Source: Patescibacteria group bacterium | GTDB taxonomy: Bacteria; Patescibacteriota; UBA1384; UBA12157; JAENIV01 | Direction of reading: 5' to 3' | DNA length: 64,000 nt | Assembly (NCBI GenBank): GCA_049515915.1 | Contig: JBEKTP010000005.1 | Location: 15,307-79,306 of the forward strand | Shown: positions 1-9,041 of the stretch, in pieces | Numbering within the stretch: the stretch's first letter is position 1 | Layout of the letters: the number at the start of each line of letters is the position of its first letter | Notes under the pieces: generated by a model | Told to the model about the DNA's origin: nothing | What the model saw: the letters and a program-made list of their open reading frames with translations, nothing else | Database searches by the model: none | Translations under genes and position numbers: made by a program

Positions 1-242
1 GATTAATCGAAAACCAAAGCTGGCCCAAAACCGACAAAAAATATTTAATTACGCCTAAAATTACAATTGCGGTGCAAATCAATGGTAAAACACGTGACAC
101 GGTGGAAATTTCGACCGAAGCCGCGCAAGCTGACGCTGAATCGGCCGCTAAAACCGAAAAAATTAAGAATTTAATCGGTAGTGGAAAAATCGCTAAAGTG
201 ATTTATGTATCTGGTAGAATCATTAATTTTGTGTTAGAATGA
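1..242 (+). CDS. leuS: Leucyl-tRNA synthetase, C-terminal fragment (5' end outside window; frame 3, stop TGA 240-242)
   Basis: Translation ...KITIAVQINGKTRDTVEISTEAAQADAESAAKTEKIKNLIGSGKIAKVIYVSGRIINFVLE* matches the characteristic LeuRS C-terminal anticodon-binding tail (VQVNGKVR...KVIYVPGKLLNLVV pattern). Not in ORF track because no start codon in window. Confidence 0.5.
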   Translation, partial: LIENQSWPKTDKKYLITPKITIAVQINGKTRDTVEISTEAAQADAESAAKTEKIKNLIGSGKIAKVIYVSGRIINFVLE

Positions 243-272
243 TTGAGTAGAAAAATAATCATGGAGTAATCA

Positions 273-521
273 ATGGCAGAACCTAAAAAGCGGTTAACTT
301 CCGCTCGTTCAGGCAATCGTCGCGCCCACCTTTTACCTAAAAAGATTAGCTTAGCTTTATGCCCGCAGTGTAAAAGTTCGATGCGGCCGCATCATATTTG
401 CAAAACATGCGGTTTTTACAAAGGTACCGATGTTTTAAAGCTTGAAGAAAAGGCGCGTCAAAAGGAAGAGCGTCGCAAAGCGCGCGAACAAGAAGAGAGC
501 AAATCGACGGAGAAAAAGTGA
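273..521 (+). CDS. rpmF: 50S ribosomal protein L32
   Basis: N-terminal AEPKKRLTSARSGNRRAH plus the CPxC...C..CG zinc-ribbon, typical L32. A Lys/Glu-rich C-terminal extension is present. Confidence 0.85.
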   Translation: MAEPKKRLTSARSGNRRAHLLPKKISLALCPQCKSSMRPHHICKTCGFYKGTDVLKLEEKARQKEERRKAREQEESKSTEKK

Positions 522-967
522 ATAGACATCTTTCACGGGTCATAATCATGCAAACGCTTTACGAGTATGATTTTCGACTTGGGACAGATATCAATGAGAT
601 TAAGCAAAGAAATATCGACAACTACGAAGAAGACGCCGATAACGAATTTATTGATAGTTCAATTACGGGTGTGATAAAAAATCAAAAAAAAATTGACGAT
701 CAAATCGTCAAAGCGGCACCTGAATGGCCACTCGATCAAATTTCATTGATTGATAAAACTATATTGCGCATCGCCATCCATGAAATTCTTTATTCAACAG
801 ATGTGCCACCAAAAGTTGCCATTAATGAAGCCGTCGAGCTAGGCAAGACGTTTGGTAGTCAAAATTCATCAAAATTTATTAATGGTGTTTTAGGAACAGT
901 TTATCGGAATTCTCCACGTTATGATCCCAAAGAAGACAAAAAACTATCTGGAAAGATGAATAAATGA
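518..967 (+). CDS. nusB: Transcription antitermination factor NusB
   Basis: Motifs RVIIMQTLYEYDF and AINEAVELGKTFGSQNSSKFINGVL match the NusB family. The GTG start overlaps the rpmF stop (GTGA), indicating translational coupling. Confidence 0.8.
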   Translation: MNRHLSRVIIMQTLYEYDFRLGTDINEIKQRNIDNYEEDADNEFIDSSITGVIKNQKKIDDQIVKAAPEWPLDQISLIDKTILRIAIHEILYSTDVPPKVAINEAVELGKTFGSQNSSKFINGVLGTVYRNSPRYDPKEDKKLSGKMNK

Positions 968-1656
968 TAAAAGATCTCTTACAATTTCAAAAAAAAATTG
1001 GGATCAACTTCCATGACGAGAAACTTCTTCGTCAAGTCTTCGTACATCGCTCTTATTTAAATGAAAACCCGGGATTTGAGCTAGATCATAACGAACGTTT
1101 GGAGTTTTTGGGTGACGCTGTTTTGGAATTAGTGGTGACCGAATACCTCTATAGAAATTATAAAAATCCCGAAGGTGAGTTAACTAATTTACGATCAGCT
1201 TTAGTCAAGGGCGTGATGCTTTCTCATATTGCTAGCGATATTAACATTCAAGACTATCTTTATCTTTCGCGCGGCGAAGCCAAGTCAGAAGGAAAATCTC
1301 GACAATTGATTTTAGCAAATGCTTTTGAAGCTTTAATTGGAGCAATCTATTTGGACGGCGGTTACGAAAAAACCCAAGTATTCGTTAAAAAATATCTCAT
1401 TATGCATCTAAAATCAATTATTGATAATAAACTATATCTTGATCCAAAAAGTCATTTGCAAGAATTAGCCCAGGAGCAACTCGGAATCACGCCGATTTAT
1501 AAAGTTATTTCAGAAGAAGGACCTGACCACGCCAAAAATTTTACTGTTGGTTGTTTTATTGGCGAAAAAATGTTTGGGTCAGGTGACGGTAGCTCAAAAC
1601 AAAACGCTGAAAGTGCCGCTGCCACTGCAGTTTTAGATGAGTGGCCTGTTAAATAA
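964..1656 (+). CDS. rnc: Ribonuclease III
   Basis: RNase III signature ERLEFLGDAVLELVVTEYLY and a C-terminal dsRBD. The ATG overlaps the nusB stop (ATGA). Confidence 0.9.
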   Translation: MIKDLLQFQKKIGINFHDEKLLRQVFVHRSYLNENPGFELDHNERLEFLGDAVLELVVTEYLYRNYKNPEGELTNLRSALVKGVMLSHIASDINIQDYLYLSRGEAKSEGKSRQLILANAFEALIGAIYLDGGYEKTQVFVKKYLIMHLKSIIDNKLYLDPKSHLQELAQEQLGITPIYKVISEEGPDHAKNFTVGCFIGEKMFGSGDGSSKQNAESAAATAVLDEWPVK

Positions 1657-2367
1657 TTATACGGCGTACACTCTTAACGCTTGATAGAATTCATAAGCTT
1701 GATAGCGCAACTCATCTTTATCCCTAAACTCCGTCGGTAAATAGGGATCTTTTTGCATAATAAGAGCTAATTCAAAAATAAGTTTTTTAGCGGTAAATCT
1801 TTGGTTTGGATCCCGGTCAATTGTCTTAAGTACCCGGGCCGCTTGAAAGTTGAATTTTTTATAAAGGTCAGAAATATCTGATGTATTCCAGGCTTTTTCG
1901 ATAATGGTTTTATCTAAATTTTGATTGCGGGTAACTTCAAAAAATTTTAACGCGCCGTGGAGATGATATTTTTCGGAAAGTTGTTCTATATCGTCCTGAA
2001 TATCGTTTGGGGTGATCCAAACACTCGCCTGCAAAAGTCCTAAACCTAACCGGCTAAGATCTCGGCGAAGCTTGTCTCGCAAACCACGATTTGACTCCGG
2101 AACATTAAGCATAACTAGTCGCCATCGTCCATCCCATTGACCACTTACCTTAAGAGGTTTTAAAAACCGATCAATCGCCTTTTCGCCTTTATCGTTAATT
2201 TTATAATATATTTCGCCAGAATTTATGGTGCGATTAACCCAACCGAATTTTTTGAGTTTTGCTAAGACACCCCGGGTTTGTTTGCCCCAGCGGTTGAGTC
2301 GATAAAGCGGAACTTCTTTTTCATCTTCAAGCAAAATAAAAACTTCCTGCATAGGCGATAATGACAT
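1657..2367 (-). CDS. PaaX-like winged-helix transcriptional regulator (family assignment tentative)
   Basis: The C-terminal WDGRWRLVMLNVPESNRGLRDKLRRDLSRLGLGLLQASVWITP resembles the PaaX C-domain commonly annotated in CPR genomes. The gene is convergent with rnc with a zero-nt gap. Confidence 0.4.
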   Translation of the reverse strand: MSLSPMQEVFILLEDEKEVPLYRLNRWGKQTRGVLAKLKKFGWVNRTINSGEIYYKINDKGEKAIDRFLKPLKVSGQWDGRWRLVMLNVPESNRGLRDKLRRDLSRLGLGLLQASVWITPNDIQDDIEQLSEKYHLHGALKFFEVTRNQNLDKTIIEKAWNTSDISDLYKKFNFQAARVLKTIDRDPNQRFTAKKLIFELALIMQKDPYLPTEFRDKDELRYQAYEFYQALRVYAV

Positions 2368-2386
2368 AGGATCCTTTCAAGACCAT

Positions 2387-2415
2387 AATATACCAATATC
2401 GATAAAGGAAGTCAA
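2387..2415 (-). promoter_or_regulatory. Sigma-70-like promoter (TTGACT-17-TATATT) for the PaaX-like gene
   Basis: On the minus strand, -35 TTGACT lies at 2410-2415 and -10 TATATT at 2387-2392, with a 17-nt spacer. A nearby palindrome AACGGATAACCGTT (2442-2455) is a possible operator. Confidence 0.4.
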
Positions 2416-2470
2416 GCCAAACGTAAGATCTAAACGGATAACCGTTATTTTAAACAGGACTCCCAAAAAA

Positions 2471-3013
2471 TTACTTTCGCAGAACTATTTTTTTGTTATT
2501 CACTAATTTAATTAAGGTTGACGGACGACCGTTCAGGGTTTTACCGTCAACATAAAAATCAACCTGATTACCGAAATAACTACGCGCATCAGCAATGGTT
2601 TTGGCTGGCGATTTACCTTCTATATTAGCACTCGGCGCTACCAAAGGGCCCGTGGCCACTAAAAATTTACGTAAATTATTTTTACGAGGAATTCTGATAG
2701 CAAGAGATTTTGTTCCTCGATGAAGATACTCGAACTGTCTACTCTCACATGGCAAAATGATACTAGTTGGCCCGGGCCAATATTTTTGAAGAATTGATTT
2801 CGTTTTTAAATCAAGATTAATGCCAAATATTTTTAAATCATTAATGGAACCAATTAAAATTATCATTGGCTTGCAAGAATCACGATCTTTAAGATGATAA
2901 ATTCGTTCGACTGTGGAAGGGTTTAAAGCCGAGCCAACAAGACCATAAATCGTATCTGTCGGTACAATGCCAACAAAACCATTTTTTAATTGTCTGATAA
3001 TCGAGTCGTCCAT
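2471..3013 (-). CDS. tsaC: L-threonylcarbamoyladenylate synthase (Sua5/YrdC/YwlC family)
   Basis: The N-terminal VGIVPTDTIYGLVGSALN motif matches YrdC-type PTDTxYGL. The ~180 aa size fits a YrdC-only form. Confidence 0.75.
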   Translation of the reverse strand: MDDSIIRQLKNGFVGIVPTDTIYGLVGSALNPSTVERIYHLKDRDSCKPMIILIGSINDLKIFGINLDLKTKSILQKYWPGPTSIILPCESRQFEYLHRGTKSLAIRIPRKNNLRKFLVATGPLVAPSANIEGKSPAKTIADARSYFGNQVDFYVDGKTLNGRPSTLIKLVNNKKIVLRK

Positions 3014-3045
3014 TTATATTTAGGGAGTTAAATGAACATTCCCAT

Positions 3046-4953
3046 TCATTTAGATCTTAGTTTGGCGCGATATTGAGAGTTCATCATGACGATAATTTTA
3101 GCAATAATATCAGTGACTTTATTTTCCGATAATACGTTTTTTAGATCCTGTAACCAAATATGAAAGGCAACATTTTTCTTGTTGGGACCGAATTTGTTCG
3201 AAGAGAATTCGTCAAATAATTCGACTAATAAAATATGCTCATCGGTTCGAGTAATTTTATCAATAAGTTCTACTGAAGAAACGTTGACATCAACCAAAAA
3301 GGCCAAATCGCGCACTGTCGGCGGGAATTTTGAAATGGGTTTGTATTTAGTGCGAGAAATTTTCAAACTATAATCGCCTGTCGGCAGTTCGATATTGTCA
3401 ATATCAACAATGATATGTTTGACAGGACGACGGATTTTAAAATAATCAAGGATTTTTTGGTCGACATTTTTAATCATTGAATTAATATTTAACTTTTTGA
3501 GCGCACTTTTTAGTAAATCATCGGACTTTCCGGTGGTGGCAATGCCAAGCTGCCATTTTTCTGTATCTTTTTCAAAGACCGCTTCCATTTCGAAAATCTT
3601 AACTTCTGGGGCCCATGGGTTTTTAGTAATTACGGAAAGCAGTGAGGATAATAAATTCGGGCGAAGATATTCGATTTCTGACAACAACGACTTTTCGATT
3701 TGCGGTTGCTTGGACGCTTTAAGATTCAGAATCTCAAGTTTATTTTTATCGATGAAAGAATAAGACAGTGTTTCAGTAAATCCCAGGACGGCTAGTTCAT
3801 CTTTAATTTTTTCGGTTCCACTGAATTCCTTGTTTCTCGGAGCCACTTGCTTATCTAAATTATTTTTATCAAGATTGTTATAACCATATATTCGAGCGAC
3901 TTCTTCAGCCAAATCCTGCCATATTTTTACATCGAAAAGGCGGTATGAGGGAACGCGGGCAGTCGAATCTTTAATCCTAAAATTAAGCCTTATTAAATTC
4001 GCGGCAATTTCTTCCGATGTTAATTTAGTACCAAGTAAGCGGTTAATTTTTACTGGGTCATAGCTGATATTTTGTTCTTTAAACGGCTGGTTTTTTTGAT
4101 CGATTAATTCGCTGGCCTTTGCATCAGGAATCAATTCTTTGATAAGTTGTGCGGCTAGGTTAAGACCATACAGATTTCCTTCGTAATCGACGCCTCGCTC
4201 GTAGCGGTATGAAGAATCGGTGGTATGATTAAGAAATTTTGAAGCCCGGCGAATTAAAATTGGATCAAAGATAGCGGCAGTCAAAACGATAGTCGATGTT
4301 TTTTCGTCAACTTCCGATTTAAAACCACCCATAATTCCTGCCAGGTCATAAATTTTCTCATCGTCCTCAATAATGATAATACCTTCGCATAATTTACGAT
4401 TAACACTGTCAAGGGTAATAACTTCCTCATCTTTTTTAGATAATCTAATCGTAAAATTACCGTCTTTAATTTTGTTGTAATCAAAAGCGTGTAAGGGCTG
4501 TCCGGTGGCAACCATTACGAAGTTTGTGACGTCGACGACATTGTTAATCGAACGAAAACCATAACTTTGTAAACGCTTTTTAAGCCAGTCGGGCGAAGGA
4601 TTGATTTTGATGTTATCAATAATTCTTGCTGAAAAACGCGGACAAATTTCCGGACCGGAAACTTTAACCTCAATTTTTTTATCGATTTTAGCTGATTCTT
4701 CTATACGTGACAGTTCGGAAAAACTTGATTGTTTTAGTGGGATGTTATAAAGCGCTGAAATCTCGCGAGCCATTCCTAAAATTGATAAACAGTCTCCTCT
4801 ATTCGGTGTGATTTCTAAATCAAGGATGGTATCGTCATCTAACTTTTTAATCGACTCAACTTCCTGCCCGAACAAACTCAAATCCTCCGCTAGTTGTGTC
4901 GGGGTCTTCTTAAAATCAACATAATCTTTAAGCCAATTATATGATATTTTCAT
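3046..4953 (-). CDS. pheT: Phenylalanyl-tRNA synthetase beta subunit (short form)
   Basis: The classic N-terminus MKISYNWLKDYV is present. At 635 aa it is shorter than the canonical ~800 aa. Confidence 0.9.
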   Translation of the reverse strand: MKISYNWLKDYVDFKKTPTQLAEDLSLFGQEVESIKKLDDDTILDLEITPNRGDCLSILGMAREISALYNIPLKQSSFSELSRIEESAKIDKKIEVKVSGPEICPRFSARIIDNIKINPSPDWLKKRLQSYGFRSINNVVDVTNFVMVATGQPLHAFDYNKIKDGNFTIRLSKKDEEVITLDSVNRKLCEGIIIIEDDEKIYDLAGIMGGFKSEVDEKTSTIVLTAAIFDPILIRRASKFLNHTTDSSYRYERGVDYEGNLYGLNLAAQLIKELIPDAKASELIDQKNQPFKEQNISYDPVKINRLLGTKLTSEEIAANLIRLNFRIKDSTARVPSYRLFDVKIWQDLAEEVARIYGYNNLDKNNLDKQVAPRNKEFSGTEKIKDELAVLGFTETLSYSFIDKNKLEILNLKASKQPQIEKSLLSEIEYLRPNLLSSLLSVITKNPWAPEVKIFEMEAVFEKDTEKWQLGIATTGKSDDLLKSALKKLNINSMIKNVDQKILDYFKIRRPVKHIIVDIDNIELPTGDYSLKISRTKYKPISKFPPTVRDLAFLVDVNVSSVELIDKITRTDEHILLVELFDEFSSNKFGPNKKNVAFHIWLQDLKNVLSENKVTDIIAKIIVMMNSQYRAKLRSK

Positions 4954-5002
4954 TTTGACAAAATTTTATATTTATTGTCGGTTCCACTTGAAACATATTT
5001 AT

Positions 5003-5689
5003 TTAAAATTGTTTTAAAAATCTTAAATCACCGCTATAAGTTAAGCGAATATCGTCAATTTTAAAATATTGCATCATATAACGATCAATACCCATGCCCC
5101 ACATAATCCCTTGCCATTTTCCCGGATCAATTCCCATATTTTTTAATACGATCGGATGGGCCATGCCCGAGCCAAGCATCTCGCGCCAAGAACCATCTGG
5201 CAGTTGAATATCTAAATCCATTCCCGGCTCGACAAAAGGATAAAGGTGTGGTCGAACGCGGGTCTTAACATTAGCGCCGAATAATTCTTTCATGTACCCG
5301 TCCAATAATCCGATCAAATTTGTCATATTTAAATCTTTGTCGATATCAATGCCGTCAATTTGGTAAAATGTATGCTCATGTGTTTGATCAGTCGCCTCAT
5401 TTCGAAAACATCGTCCAGGAACAACGAATTTAAATGGGGGCTTTAACTTATTTTCTTGAATGTGGCGAACGTCAGTCGCCGTTGTGTGAGTCCGTAAAAC
5501 CCGACCGTCTTTGAGCCAAAAAGTGTCTTGGATATCTCGGGATGGATGATCCGCCGGTACATTTAAAGCATCGAAATTAAACCATTCCGTTTCAATTTCT
5601 GGACCTTCGACAATTTCAAAACCTCGCTCGGAAAAATATTTTAGTGAAAGTCTTAGAAATTGGGTTAAGGGATTTAAATGTCCGTTCAT
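5003..5689 (-). CDS. pheS: Phenylalanyl-tRNA synthetase alpha subunit (N-terminally truncated form, 228 aa)
   Basis: Class II aaRS catalytic core motifs are present (HPSRDIQDTFW, FRNEATDQTHEHTFYQIDG, GMGIDR). The N-terminal coiled-coil is missing. Confidence 0.85.
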   Translation of the reverse strand: MNGHLNPLTQFLRLSLKYFSERGFEIVEGPEIETEWFNFDALNVPADHPSRDIQDTFWLKDGRVLRTHTTATDVRHIQENKLKPPFKFVVPGRCFRNEATDQTHEHTFYQIDGIDIDKDLNMTNLIGLLDGYMKELFGANVKTRVRPHLYPFVEPGMDLDIQLPDGSWREMLGSGMAHPIVLKNMGIDPGKWQGIMWGMGIDRYMMQYFKIDDIRLTYSGDLRFLKQF

Positions 5690-5693
5690 TTTT

Positions 5694-6077
5694 TTAATAT
5701 TTTATTTGTTTTCTACCCCGAAAAAATAATTCAATTAAAAAGACTGAAAGAATAAATAGAGCCGCTACCCACCAATTTAAAACGCGAATTTGCTGGAGAA
5801 ACAATATGCCAACGATTCCCAATGAAATAAATACCGATTGTCTAAGAGTTGGTAGAAGATGAGCAAAAATTACCTCACGGTTTGAAGCCCAAACTTTTAA
5901 ATAAAAGAAAACTAATCCGAAGATACTAGTAAAAAATAAAAAGAGCGCGGCGTAAAATATAGCGATAACCCAAAAAGGGCTTTGGTAGGGATTGATGTTT
6001 ATGACAATTTCAGCCGCCAGCCCAGCTGAAATCAAAGCGGTTAGATATAAAATAAATAAATAAAGTCGTAAAATCAT
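5694..6077 (-). CDS. Hypothetical polytopic membrane protein
   Basis: Four hydrophobic segments and no recognisable family. The gene overlaps rbfA by 4 nt, suggesting co-transcription. Confidence 0.45.
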   Translation of the reverse strand: MILRLYLFILYLTALISAGLAAEIVININPYQSPFWVIAIFYAALFLFFTSIFGLVFFYLKVWASNREVIFAHLLPTLRQSVFISLGIVGILFLQQIRVLNWWVAALFILSVFLIELFFRGRKQIKY

Positions 6078-6412
6078 TGTTTTTCTATCTCATCTAATAA
6101 CTCTTCAATTCGATTAACTTTTTGTAAACCTTTATCGATTTTAAAATGCAACTTCGGGGTAAATTTCATGCTCAAATTTTTACCAAGCATTTGCTGGAAT
6201 TTTTGGGTTTTTTTAAAAAGGATATTTAATACAGGTTTTTGAGAGGCTTCGTTAAGGCAAGATATATAAACATTTGCCTCCTTAAGGTCGTCGTTTACAT
6301 CAACAGCGGTCACCGTAATTATGCCAAGCTCTTCGGGTAAATTCAACCGAATCTGCTCGGAAAGTTGTTGTCTAAGAAGTTCAGAAACCTTTTCAACCCT
6401 GCGCGAGCTCAT
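6074..6412 (-). CDS. rbfA: Ribosome-binding factor A
   Basis: The N-terminal RRVEKVSELLRQQLSEQI matches RbfA-type R..RV.E.I...L. The ~110 aa size is also consistent. Confidence 0.7.
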   Translation of the reverse strand: MSSRRVEKVSELLRQQLSEQIRLNLPEELGIITVTAVDVNDDLKEANVYISCLNEASQKPVLNILFKKTQKFQQMLGKNLSMKFTPKLHFKIDKGLQKVNRIEELLDEIEKQ

Positions 6413-6562
6413 AATTTTCCTCTGAAATCTTCCGGTGTAATTACATTACTCTGGATAAAGCATACCATATTTATCGATATTTGAACAGAGAATCTGATTT
6501 TTACTCTTTACAGGTCGGCTAAAAGATGATAAAATAAACCAAATCACCAAAGGAGGAGCGCA

Positions 6563-6832
6563 ATGCACCTGGTTGGGTTGATCCAACTCCAAAATGGCGA
6601 ACCTCCAAAATTGCATATTTGGGGGAACGTCGAGGAGCGGTATGCTTATGTACAACTTGTACATCGTCACGGTGATTCAAGAACGGCACGCGAGATTGCT
6701 CTTGGGGAGATGATTCGACTGTTGAGAGGCGGCTGGCAACTTTGTCAGACATCGAGCAGCACGTTGTTGCTCAACTACTATTTCTGCGGCGCCAGTCAGG
6801 CGCTCGCAGCCGACCACGGGAGGCGTCAATGA
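6563..6832 (+). CDS. Hypothetical 89-aa protein in a GC-richer islet (may instead be part of a structured RNA)
   Basis: A perfect SD AAGGAGG sits 6 nt upstream of the ATG. A plus-strand intrinsic terminator follows at 6874-6910. The islet is visibly GC-richer than its flanks and overlapping ORFs occur on both strands. No family was recognised. Confidence 0.3.
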   Translation: MHLVGLIQLQNGEPPKLHIWGNVEERYAYVQLVHRHGDSRTAREIALGEMIRLLRGGWQLCQTSSSTLLLNYYFCGASQALAADHGRRQ

Positions 6833-6873
6833 CTCGAACGAGAGTTCGGCGCTTCCCTTTGTTAATTAGATCC

Positions 6874-6910
6874 GAAAAATCCGCCCCTAAAGACGGATTT
6901 TTCGTTTTTT
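6874..6910 (+). terminator. Rho-independent terminator (AAAAAUCCG / CGGAUUUUU stem, then U7)
   Basis: Hairpin aaaaatccg-cccctaaaga-cggattttt followed by cgttttttt. It is plus-oriented although both flanking genes are on the minus strand, implying a plus-strand transcript ends here. Confidence 0.55.
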
Positions 6911-6947
6911 TATTCTAAGGTGCAATGAACACTAAAGTTATATTAGG

Positions 6948-7370
6948 CTATCGTTTAGCCCATTGCGGTGCCCGCCGCGCCCCTTTAAGACCGGGCTTTT
7001 TACGTTCTTTCATCCGCGGATCACGCGTTAAAAAACCCTCAACTTTTAAAGTTTTATGAAGCTCTGGATTTAATTTATCCAACGCGCGCGCAATACCCAG
7101 CCGAATAGCGCCTTCTTGAGCAATAAGACCACCGCCGGAAATTTTAATAAAGCAGTCAATTTGTTTATCGTAGCCAGTTAGCCGCAATGGTTCAGTATAA
7201 ACGCGGCTGGGATTAGCAATTTCTTTATCATTAATGAGAATCTTGCCTTCGCCCCCGGATATTTTCACTTTGGCAATGGCGGTCTTGCGCCGGCCGATCG
7301 CCGTATATACATCCGTTTTTTTAATTTTTGTAAGAACACTCTTTATTTTTTCAGCCATTTTTTTCTCCAT
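6948..7370 (-). CDS. rpsI: 30S ribosomal protein S9
   Basis: C-terminal ...KKPGLKGARRAPQWAKR and overall S9 pattern. Confidence 0.9.
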   Translation of the reverse strand: MEKKMAEKIKSVLTKIKKTDVYTAIGRRKTAIAKVKISGGEGKILINDKEIANPSRVYTEPLRLTGYDKQIDCFIKISGGGLIAQEGAIRLGIARALDKLNPELHKTLKVEGFLTRDPRMKERKKPGLKGARRAPQWAKR

Positions 7371-7815
7371 TTAAGATCGTAAGATTTTTCAGCCATTCTT
7401 TTCTTAACTTATTTTTTGGCAGCATACCTGAAACAGCATGTAAAATTATTCTCGAAGGGTCAACCCGCATTAGGTCAGCCATCGTTTGACTTTTTAAATT
7501 ACCCAGATATCCGCTGTGTCGATAATATTTTTTTTGAATCATTTTATTAGTGCCCGTGACTTTAATTTTAGCTGCGTTCGTAATCAAAACTTTGTCTCCC
7601 ATTAAAATATTCGGGCGGAAGGTTGGTTTTCCTTTGCCGCGTAGCAGATCAGCTACTCTTGTTGAAAGTCGACCCAAGATTTGGTCCGAGGCATCGATTT
7701 TGTGAGTGATGACTTCAGGCTTAATTTTTTTGGGTTCAACAACTTTGTTAACTTTTTTTGATGACTTTAAGTTCTTTGGAAGAACTTTTGGCCGGCTTTT
7801 CGGTTTTTCGGGCAT
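7351..7815 (-). CDS. rplM: 50S ribosomal protein L13
   Basis: DASDQILGRLSTRVADLLRGKGKPTFRPN matches L13. An N-terminal Lys-rich extension is present. Confidence 0.9.
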   Translation of the reverse strand: MPEKPKSRPKVLPKNLKSSKKVNKVVEPKKIKPEVITHKIDASDQILGRLSTRVADLLRGKGKPTFRPNILMGDKVLITNAAKIKVTGTNKMIQKKYYRHSGYLGNLKSQTMADLMRVDPSRIILHAVSGMLPKNKLRKEWLKNLTILNGEKNG

Positions 7816-7816
7816 T

Positions 7817-8224
7817 TTATTTAACCTTTACTTTATTTTTTACTTCTTCTAATTTTTGTGGAGTAATTTTAGTCGCGACGGTTTCGCCTTCGATAAGTTC
7901 TAATATAATTATCTCGGCATTATCGCCGACTCGCGAACCGAATCGGTAAGATTTAATAAATCCGGAATTAATTTTTTTATATCGAGGTAAAAGCACCTCA
8001 AAGATTTTTTTTACGGCGTTCTCATCAAAAAAATATCTCATTAACGTTCGTTTGGCAGATAGATCATTTCTTTTAGCAATCGAAAATAAATGCTCGACAA
8101 TCGGTTTTACAGCTTTGGCCTTCGCCTTAGTCGTACGAACATGCTCATACAAAACTAAAGAAGTTGCTAAATTTCTTAAAAGATTGTTTCGATAATCTTT
8201 TTTCCTTGATAAAGCATTAGGCAC
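7817..8224 (-). CDS. rplQ: 50S ribosomal protein L17
   Basis: RNLATSLVLYEHVRTTKAKAKAVKP matches L17. Confidence 0.9.
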   Translation of the reverse strand: MPNALSRKKDYRNNLLRNLATSLVLYEHVRTTKAKAKAVKPIVEHLFSIAKRNDLSAKRTLMRYFFDENAVKKIFEVLLPRYKKINSGFIKSYRFGSRVGDNAEIIILELIEGETVATKITPQKLEEVKNKVKVK

Positions 8225-8237
8225 TTAGATTCTCCAT

Positions 8238-9020
8238 CTATTTACTCTTAGATTTGGCCGGCTTTTTTGACGCTATCTTTTTAGCTGCTTTCGTTTTCTT
8301 TGATGTTGGTTTTATCTCCGGAGTAATTTCACAGGCTTGTTCAATAAGATTAAAATGCTCAACCAAAATTTTCGAGGCAAGTTTTAGAGTTTCTTCAGGA
8401 TCAATCGAACCGTCTGTGGTAATTTCTAACGTTAACTTATCAAAATCGGTATTCGCACCGACGCGGGTGCTTTCAATTTCATAGTGGACTTTCTTAACAG
8501 GGGTATAAATTGAATCAACCGCAATTGTGCCGATCGGCATTTTTTCATCTTTGCGACGCTCAACCGGAACATAACCACGACCACGGTTGACGGTTATTTC
8601 CATATCAAGTTTTGCGCCTTTGCCCAAAGTGGCCAAAATAACGTCGGCGTTAACAATTTCACACGCCGGATTTTTATCAAAATCAGCAGCGGTAACAGTT
8701 TTGGGCCCTTTGGCTGTAAGATATAATATCACCGGCTCATCGGAATTAAGTTTAAAACGTAAAATTTTGAGATTTAAGATAATCGAAACGACATCTTCTT
8801 TAACACCAGAAATGGTCGAAAATTGATGAGTCACCCCTTCAATTTTGACTGATGAAATGGCAGCGCCTTCAAGCGAGGAAAGTAGCACGCGCCGAAGCGA
8901 ATTGCCTAAAGTCACCCCGTATCCGGGCGAAAGAGGCTCAACGATAAACACACCTTTGTTGTTAATTTTTTCGACAGTTTTAATTTGCACTAAACTGGTT
9001 TCTGGTAATGTAAAATCCAT
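8238..9020 (-). CDS. rpoA: DNA-directed RNA polymerase alpha subunit (N-terminal domain only; no alpha-CTD; Lys-rich tail)
   Basis: Alpha-NTD motifs are present (IVEPLSPGYGVTLGNSLRRVLLSSLEGAAI). The protein is only 260 aa and ends in KPTSKKTKAAKKIASKKPAKSKSK instead of the ~80-aa alpha-CTD. Confidence 0.85.
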   Translation of the reverse strand: MDFTLPETSLVQIKTVEKINNKGVFIVEPLSPGYGVTLGNSLRRVLLSSLEGAAISSVKIEGVTHQFSTISGVKEDVVSIILNLKILRFKLNSDEPVILYLTAKGPKTVTAADFDKNPACEIVNADVILATLGKGAKLDMEITVNRGRGYVPVERRKDEKMPIGTIAVDSIYTPVKKVHYEIESTRVGANTDFDKLTLEITTDGSIDPEETLKLASKILVEHFNLIEQACEITPEIKPTSKKTKAAKKIASKKPAKSKSK

Positions 9021-9041
9021 ATTACTCCTTCCCCTTATAAA

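Noticed and set aside
6440-6915. tmRNA, RNase P RNA, SRP RNA or tRNA in the GC-rich spacer between rbfA and rpsI
   Set aside because: I looked for a GGGG...GAUUCGAC 5' end, a T-arm/CCA 3' end and an ALAA-stop tag frame (tmRNA); for the GGAAAGUCCGG / ACAGAAxCCGGCUUA P4 motifs (RNase P); for the GGUCAGG...GGAA...GCAGCC domain IV (SRP); and for a T-loop. Only weak partial resemblances turned up (GGGGAGAUGAUUCGAC; SQALAA in one frame without a stop). There is not enough to call any known RNA.
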